Shown piece by piece: positions 58,243 through 64,000 of a stretch of 64,000 nt of DNA (the first letter of the stretch is position 1; each line of letters opens with the position of its first letter). The position numbers and the translations under genes are program-made. Origin of the DNA: Armatimonadota bacterium (GTDB taxonomy: Bacteria; Armatimonadota; SYMT01); NCBI GenBank assembly GCA_041690135.1, contig JAWLHY010000001.1, positions 640,001 through 704,000 on the forward strand. The letters are read 5' to 3'. The notes under the pieces are model-generated. The model was not told the origin of the DNA. It worked only from the letters and a program-made list of their open reading frames with translations, and searched no databases.

Positions 58243-61200
58243 ATGGTCTCGTTTCGTATTCCCCTCCTGGTTCTTGCCGGACTCTCGCTCCTGGGCGCCG
58301 TTTCGGCGCAGGAACCGGGACCCAGGCTCCGAACTATCCGCGGCATGCGCTACCCGGCGCTCTCTCCGGACGGCTCCCGCATCGCCTTCAGCTATCGCGG
58401 TGATCTCTGGACCGTGGCGGCGACCGGCGGCACGGCGACCCGGCTGGCGGAACTCTCCGGTTGGGATATGCGCGCGCGCTGGTCGCCGGATGGGAGAACA
58501 TTGGCCTTCAACAGCACGCGGAACGGAAATGCGGATCTCTATGTCCTTCCGGCCGAAGGCGGAGAACCCCGCCGCCTGACGTATCACACCGGCGCGGACA
58601 TCCTGGGGGGGTGGTCTCCGGATGGGAAGAGCCTGGTCTTCTACAGCTACCGGGACTCCCGCACCTACGATCTCTACTCCATCGACGTCGAATCCGGCCG
58701 TCTGCGGCAGTTAACACGGGATGAAGTGATCGTTTCTTCCCCCGTCTGGTCGCCGGATGGGAAGGTGGTTGCCTATAACCGTGGCGGTGCTTCGTGGGCG
58801 CGCAAGAACCTGCGCAGTTCGGGGGCCGCCGACATCTGGGAACTGCCCCTGGAAGGGGACGCGCCCGGAACTCCCCGCCGCCTGACCGGGACCGACTCTC
58901 CGGAACTCTGGCCGCTCTACTCCCCCGACGGCAAGAGTCTCTATTTCGTCTCGGACCGGGATGGGCGGAGCTCTGTCTGGAAGATGCCCGCCCGAGGCGG
59001 ACGGCAAGCGCGCGTGTTTCACCACCCGGGCTCGCATATCCACTACCCGGATCTCTCCCGTAACGGCCGGACGCTGGTCTACGAGACGGACTTTTCACTC
59101 TGGACTGTCGATCTCACCGCTTCTCGACCGCAGCCCCGGCGCCTGGAGATCTCCGCCACCGTCGATGACACGTCGCGGGTCGAGACCCGGAAGCTGACCT
59201 CGGGCGCGACAGAGGTGGAAGTTTCGCCGGACGGCTCGCAGCTCCTGCTGGTCCTCCGCAACGATCTGTTCATCATGCCGTCCTCCGGTGGGGAGGCGCG
59301 TCGCCTGACCGATTCCCTCGCGAGGGACTACGATGCGGTCTGGTCGCCGGACAGCCGCCACGTCATCTTCGTCTCGGAGCGTGAGGCGAACGTGGACCTG
59401 TATCAGGTGGAAGTGGCGACAGGAGAGACCCGGCGCCTGACCACCGACCCGGAGCCGGACACTTCTCCCAACTACGCGCCGGACGGCACGCGGATCGCCT
59501 TCCTGCGGGGCGCCAACGGCCGAGAAGTCCGCACGCTTTCCCTGCTGGGCGGGCGGGAGACGCTGGTGGCCGAGGGAGGGTTCCTGAACAGCCCGCGCTG
59601 GTCGCCCGACTCGCGCTGGCTGGCCTATTCCCGGCGCACTCCGGCCGCCATCACCAACGTGTACGTGCGGGCAGAGGCGGGCGGTCCCGAGATCAACGTT
59701 ACCCGCTGGTCCGGCAGTAACTTCGGACCGGTCTGGAGCCCGGACGGCAAGCGCCTGGCGTTCTACTCAAACCGGTCGGGAACGACGGACCTTTACACGG
59801 TGGAGTTGACCCGGCCGGGGAAAGGGGGCGCCGTGGGATCCGGGGGTGCGGCGGCGCCTCCCCAGGTGGAAGTGGATGCCGCGGGCATCGAACGCCGCGT
59901 GAGGCCGCTGGTCGAGCGTACCGCGGGCAGCAAAGGCTCCCTGACCTACACTCCGGGTGGCAGTTCCTGCCTGTTTACGCTGAACGGCAGTTCCGGGGTG
60001 TGGGCCGTGCCCGCTACCGGGGGAACGGCTCGCCGCGTGGTGGATAACCTCTCCGGTATCCTCCGGTTGTCCGGCGATGGCTCGACGCTCTACGCACTCA
60101 CCCCGAGTAGCGGCCGCATTCAGAAGGTGCCCCGCACCGGCGGAGCCCCGACCACCGTGGGATACTCCGCGACCGTGCCGATCGACCTGGCCGAAGAGCG
60201 CCGCCAGACATTCGACCAGGCCTGGCGCCTCCTGGCGGATTACTTCTACGATCCCAAGATGCATGGAGTGGACTGGGCCGAGGTGCGACGGCGCTACCGG
60301 CCGATCGTGGATGAATGCGTTACCCTGGACGACTTCCACGTGCTGCTGAGCGAGATGGTCGGCGAGTTGAACGCCTCGCACACGGGCGTGTCGGAAACGC
60401 GTACGCCCTCCAATGCGAGCGATACGGCCCACCTAGGGGTGACCTTCGACTGGACCCATCCCGGTCCCGGCCTGAAGGTGAGAGAGGTGCTCCCGGACGG
60501 TCCCGCCGACACGGAGCCGAGCCGCATCCGACCGGGTGAGTTCATCCTGCAACTGGCCGGTAAAGACGCCTCGCCGCAGGAGAGCTTCCACGCGCAGTTG
60601 GCGGGCCTGGCGGGGAAGCGGGTGGACCTGCTGGTTAACTCCCGTCCGGACCGCAACGGGGCACGAACCGTTTCCCTGACGGCGATCCGGACCGCGGCGG
60701 CGCGGGATCTAGTCTACGAGCGGTGGGTGCGGGAGCGCCGGGAGACGGTGAGCCGCCTCTCTAACGGCAAGCTGGCCTACCTCCACATCAAGGTGATGCA
60801 GCGGGCCGACCTGGCGCGTTTCGAGCGGGAGTTACTGACGGAGGCCCACGGGCACGCCGGACTGGTGATCGACATCCGCTACAACACCGGAGGGCGCATC
60901 CACGACGAGCTGTTTGCCCTGCTGACGCGGAAGGTCCACAGCTTCGAAACCCCGCGCAGCGCCCCCCAAATGACCCAGCCGTTCGGCGCGTTCGACCGGC
61001 CCATGACTCTGCTGATCAACGAGCACTGCTTCAGCGACGCGGAGATCTTCGCGAATGGGTTCCGCCACCTGAAGCTCGGCAAGATCGTGGGACGACCTAC
61101 CGCCGGCGGGGTCATCGGCACGGGTGATATTCCGCTGCTCGACGGCCAGACCACCTTCCGGGTGCCCCGCACCTTCTGGCAGCGGGTGGATGGGACGAAC

Positions 61201-61335
61201 CTGGAGAACCTCGGCGTCCGTCCGGATATCGACGTTCCGGTCACGCCCGGAGATATTCTCGCGGGAAAGGACCCCCAACTCGAGCGCGCGGTGAAGGAGC
61301 TCCTGCGCAAGGTAGGAAGGAGTCCCTCTCAATAG
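58243..61335 (+). CDS. Tricorn-like S41 family peptidase (PD40 propellers, PDZ, S41 domain)
   Basis: Signal peptide, many WSPDG repeats, FYDPKMHGVDW, GELNASH, DIRYNTGG, FSDAEIF catalytic Ser, GVRPDI. Confidence 0.95.
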   Translation: MVSFRIPLLVLAGLSLLGAVSAQEPGPRLRTIRGMRYPALSPDGSRIAFSYRGDLWTVAATGGTATRLAELSGWDMRARWSPDGRTLAFNSTRNGNADLYVLPAEGGEPRRLTYHTGADILGGWSPDGKSLVFYSYRDSRTYDLYSIDVESGRLRQLTRDEVIVSSPVWSPDGKVVAYNRGGASWARKNLRSSGAADIWELPLEGDAPGTPRRLTGTDSPELWPLYSPDGKSLYFVSDRDGRSSVWKMPARGGRQARVFHHPGSHIHYPDLSRNGRTLVYETDFSLWTVDLTASRPQPRRLEISATVDDTSRVETRKLTSGATEVEVSPDGSQLLLVLRNDLFIMPSSGGEARRLTDSLARDYDAVWSPDSRHVIFVSEREANVDLYQVEVATGETRRLTTDPEPDTSPNYAPDGTRIAFLRGANGREVRTLSLLGGRETLVAEGGFLNSPRWSPDSRWLAYSRRTPAAITNVYVRAEAGGPEINVTRWSGSNFGPVWSPDGKRLAFYSNRSGTTDLYTVELTRPGKGGAVGSGGAAAPPQVEVDAAGIERRVRPLVERTAGSKGSLTYTPGGSSCLFTLNGSSGVWAVPATGGTARRVVDNLSGILRLSGDGSTLYALTPSSGRIQKVPRTGGAPTTVGYSATVPIDLAEERRQTFDQAWRLLADYFYDPKMHGVDWAEVRRRYRPIVDECVTLDDFHVLLSEMVGELNASHTGVSETRTPSNASDTAHLGVTFDWTHPGPGLKVREVLPDGPADTEPSRIRPGEFILQLAGKDASPQESFHAQLAGLAGKRVDLLVNSRPDRNGARTVSLTAIRTAAARDLVYERWVRERRETVSRLSNGKLAYLHIKVMQRADLARFERELLTEAHGHAGLVIDIRYNTGGRIHDELFALLTRKVHSFETPRSAPQMTQPFGAFDRPMTLLINEHCFSDAEIFANGFRHLKLGKIVGRPTAGGVIGTGDIPLLDGQTTFRVPRTFWQRVDGTNLENLGVRPDIDVPVTPGDILAGKDPQLERAVKELLRKVGRSPSQ

Positions 61336-61493
61336 GAGCCAAGCAGCGCGGCCAGTTGGGGGTGTGTCGCGAGGAAGGGCAGGATGTTGGTACCCTCTGC
61401 CAGTTGGGGTTGGGCAAGGAGTGAGCGAAACTCCTGAAGTTCGCGCTCACATTCCGCAAGCACCAGTGACAATTCGCTCAGCTCCCTGCTCAT
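61329..61493 (-). pseudogene. Probable 5' remnant of a DUF4263 (Shedu/SduA-like nuclease) gene
   Basis: MSRELSELSLVLAECERELQEFRSLLAQPQLAEGTNILPFLATHPQLAALLGSY* matches my recollection of the N-terminus of short DUF4263 proteins; it stops where the convergent S41 gene ends. Confidence 0.45.
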
Positions 61494-61626
61494 GCGACGT
61501 GCTGAACCAGTCCGCATAGCGTCGATGGGAACACTTGATGGGCTGCGTTTACTATTGGCCATGGGTCTGTGTGACATACTAACTGCGGTTGGTAGGGTCT
61601 ATCTCTGGTCTTCAGGAGTGGTCAGA

Positions 61627-62091
61627 ATGAAGTTACGAGTTTCGCAAACGGCGGCTACCGGCGTGCTGGCGGGGGTGCTGGCACTGGGGTGGGGCGTGCG
61701 GGAAGCACAGTGGGCCTCCGCACAGGGCAAGCGGGTCCCGAACGGCACCCGGAACCTGGCGGAAGTGAAGGTGGAAGAGGCCCAGGATGGGGGCAAGACC
61801 ACCGGAAAAGTCGCGGTCTTCCTCGACGGCGCCACCGCGGGCACGCGCAGCCTGCACGCCGGCCGGTTCATTCTCAACCCGGGCGCCGAGCCGCACGCGC
61901 CGCATAAGCACCCGGATGAGGAAGTGCTCATCGTTACGCGGGGTACGGGTGAGGTCTACTGCGACGGCAAGACCACCCCGGTGAAGCCCGGCGCCATTAT
62001 GTATTCCGACCCGAACGTGGAGCACGGGATCAAGAACACCGGCACCAAGCCGCTGGAGTTCTACTGGGTGAAGTACGTCCCCGCGAAGTAA
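61627..62091 (+). CDS. Secreted cupin domain protein
   Basis: PGAEPHAPHKHPDEEVLIV..G and PNVEHGIKN cupin motifs; N-terminal signal peptide. Confidence 0.9.
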   Translation: MKLRVSQTAATGVLAGVLALGWGVREAQWASAQGKRVPNGTRNLAEVKVEEAQDGGKTTGKVAVFLDGATAGTRSLHAGRFILNPGAEPHAPHKHPDEEVLIVTRGTGEVYCDGKTTPVKPGAIMYSDPNVEHGIKNTGTKPLEFYWVKYVPAK

Positions 62092-62107
62092 GGCCGGAGG
62101 CACCCCC

Positions 62108-62878
62108 TTGGAGAAACGGAAAGTCCTGGTAACCGGCGCCGCCGGGCGGATCGGGACGGCCTTCCGCAAGGCCTACGGCGACCGTTATATGCTTCGCCTG
62201 GTGGACCGGCGGCCGGTTCCGGACCCCGAGGGCCACGAGCACTGGTCTGCCGACCTGGTGGACCTGGAAGAGGCCCGCAAGGCGTGCGCGGGTATCGATA
62301 CGGTAATCCACCTGGCGGCCGATCCCAGCCCGCGCGCGACGTTCTACGACACGCTGCTGCCGCTGAACATCCAGATGACCTACAACCTGTTCCATGCGGC
62401 CCGGGAACAGGGGTGTCGCCGGCTGATCTTCGCCAGCAGCATCCACGCGGTAAACGCCTATCCCCTGGATTACCAGATCCACCCGTCCGACCCGGTGCTG
62501 CCCGGCGACCTCTACGGGGTGACCAAGGTCTTCGGCGAGGCCCTGGCGGCATACTACGCCCACCGGGAGGGCTTAAGCTGCATCGCCATCCGGATCGGGG
62601 CGTTCGGGACAGCCGAGAAGGTGGCGGAATGCTCCGACTCCCGCATGCTGGCGCTCTGGATCAGCGACCGCGACCTGTCGCAACTGCTCCACCGGTGCGT
62701 GGACGCGCCCGACGACGTGCGCTTCCTGATCGTACAGGGAGTGTCGGACAACCAGTTCAAGCGGATGGATATCGGCAATGCCCGGGAGATCCTCGGCTAC
62801 GCACCGCAGGATAACGCCTTCCAGATCAGCAGCAAAGTCGAAATGGAGCCGCGCCGGCCGGACGATCCGGATGTTTAG
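62108..62878 (+). CDS. NAD-dependent epimerase/dehydratase (uronate dehydrogenase-like)
   Basis: VLVTGAAGRIG, HLAA, FASSIHAV, YGVTK, IRIG, WISDRD, GVSDN. Confidence 0.9.
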   Translation: MEKRKVLVTGAAGRIGTAFRKAYGDRYMLRLVDRRPVPDPEGHEHWSADLVDLEEARKACAGIDTVIHLAADPSPRATFYDTLLPLNIQMTYNLFHAAREQGCRRLIFASSIHAVNAYPLDYQIHPSDPVLPGDLYGVTKVFGEALAAYYAHREGLSCIAIRIGAFGTAEKVAECSDSRMLALWISDRDLSQLLHRCVDAPDDVRFLIVQGVSDNQFKRMDIGNAREILGYAPQDNAFQISSKVEMEPRRPDDPDV

Positions 62879-62934
62879 TTAAACCCTACCGGGGCCCGAT
62901 GGTTCGCATCGGGCCCCGGTAGGGTTTAACTTTT
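62877..62934. terminator. Long perfect hairpin, likely bidirectional terminator
   Basis: 25-bp arms AGTTAAACCCTACCGGGGCCCGATG / CATCGGGCCCCGGTAGGGTTTAACT, loop GTTCG, then TTT; between convergent genes. Confidence 0.8.
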
Positions 62935-62942
62935 GCAAGGAA

Positions 62943-64000
62943 CTACCGCTTCTTTGCCACCGGCTTTCGGGCGGCGGGCTTACGGGTGGCCGGCTTCTTC
63001 GCAACCGGCTTTTTGGCGGGGGTGGCCGGGACCTCGACGAAGGTGGTGACTGTCTGCCCGTCGATGGACATATTGGGAGGCGCCTGGCCGTTACCCGCTC
63101 CGGCGGCCGCGGCTCCCGGCAACTGCAGACCCCCCAACTTCAGGTTGAGGGTGGCCGTGTACTGACCCGAGACGATCGCGCCGCGGGCGATATCGAACCG
63201 AGTGGTACCGCTGACATCCTGCGACGACCCGGGCATGCCGTCCGGACCGGGGACCGAACCGCTGCCGATCGATTCGATCAGCGCGTACCGGACGCCGTTC
63301 TTCGTCTCCATTGATTTCAAGGTGTGGGTGTACTTCACCTCGATCTCCGGGGACGCGCCGGGAACGGAGCCGGGGCCACCCACGTCTGGTCGGCTCTTCA
63401 TAACCGTTTCCCAACTCTCGCCCACGGCCACCGGTTTATCGGGAAACTGCAAGAAGGAATTGGTGATCTCCCGTAATAGGGGGGAGTTGGGAGCTTTGGC
63501 GCCCGGAATGGGAGATTGCACTCCGAAGGGGTCCCGCCGCAGGGAGAAGGGGGTATTGACGCCCTTGAGGGCGGCAGCGGGGTTGCCGGGGCCGCCGGGA
63601 AGGCCCCCTTCCTGGGGCTGTCCATTAATCAGGGTGGTGACCTTGTTGTTCACCGACTTCATCACGATATCGGTGCCCAGGACGTTCATCGCCATCGACA
63701 TGCTGTCCACGCGCACCGAGAGGGTGCCGGTACCCTGGCGCGTCCCAAGTACCTTCTCCACCAGGATGAAATCGATCTTCTGGTTCATGGGAATCGGACC
63801 CAAGCCGCCCCCGCCCTCGCCGAGGGAGAGCGTGAGATCGTTTTGAGCCGTGCCCCGGAACTTCTGGATCTGCCCGGTGGTGTACTTGTAGCCGAGCTTC
63901 ACCGTCTCGGCACCGCCACTCTCCGCGGGCGGTGGAGGATCCGTTTGGGCGGAGCTGTAAGGTGCGGCAAGCAGCAGGAACGCTGCGGCCAAAGTGCCGG
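62943..64000 (-). CDS. Secreted hypothetical protein with Lys/Pro/Ala-rich basic tail, start probably outside the window
   Basis: Signal-peptide-like start, LGYKYTTG, FPDKPVAVGESW, GTTRFDIARG, tail PAKKPVAKKPATRKPAARKPVAKKR. Confidence 0.8.
   Translation of the reverse strand, partial: GTLAAAFLLLAAPYSSAQTDPPPPAESGGAETVKLGYKYTTGQIQKFRGTAQNDLTLSLGEGGGGLGPIPMNQKIDFILVEKVLGTRQGTGTLSVRVDSMSMAMNVLGTDIVMKSVNNKVTTLINGQPQEGGLPGGPGNPAAALKGVNTPFSLRRDPFGVQSPIPGAKAPNSPLLREITNSFLQFPDKPVAVGESWETVMKSRPDVGGPGSVPGASPEIEVKYTHTLKSMETKNGVRYALIESIGSGSVPGPDGMPGSSQDVSGTTRFDIARGAIVSGQYTATLNLKLGGLQLPGAAAAGAGNGQAPPNMSIDGQTVTTFVEVPATPAKKPVAKKPATRKPAARKPVAKKR

Overview
GC-rich bacterial chromosomal window. The gene content (PSD1/DUF1549 protein, two DUF1501 proteins, DUF1080, tricorn-like S41 protease, Ycf46-like ATPase) suggests an Armatimonadota/PVC-type organism; this is inference only. 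About 55 protein genes are supported. They include a complete bioB-bioW-bioA-bioF-bioD operon, a glycosylation locus (two GT-C, GT4, two GT2, flippase), a hybrid kinase-rpoN-enhancer-binding-protein operon and sugar-acid catabolic enzymes. No rRNA, tRNA, transposase, integrase, reverse transcriptase or cas gene was recognised. Main findings: (1) a deiodinase-like selenoprotein split in the ORF track by an in-frame TGA (4287-4289) that is followed by a bacterial SECIS-like hairpin; (2) intergenic DNA built from at least five palindromic REP/REPIN-like families, including a 25-nt repeat forming degenerate arrays at four loci in one orientation; (3) 6-9-nt tandem repeats next to many stop codons, the cleanest abutting a four-helix-bundle gene wedged into an operon; (4) a self-contained sigma-54 module with a Cys4 insert in RpoN and a D-to-E pseudo-receiver; (5) an internally deleted GH29 fucosidase, a probable DUF4263/Shedu remnant and an orphan GspG lacking the prepilin motif. 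All family assignments come from motifs recognised by eye, not database searches.
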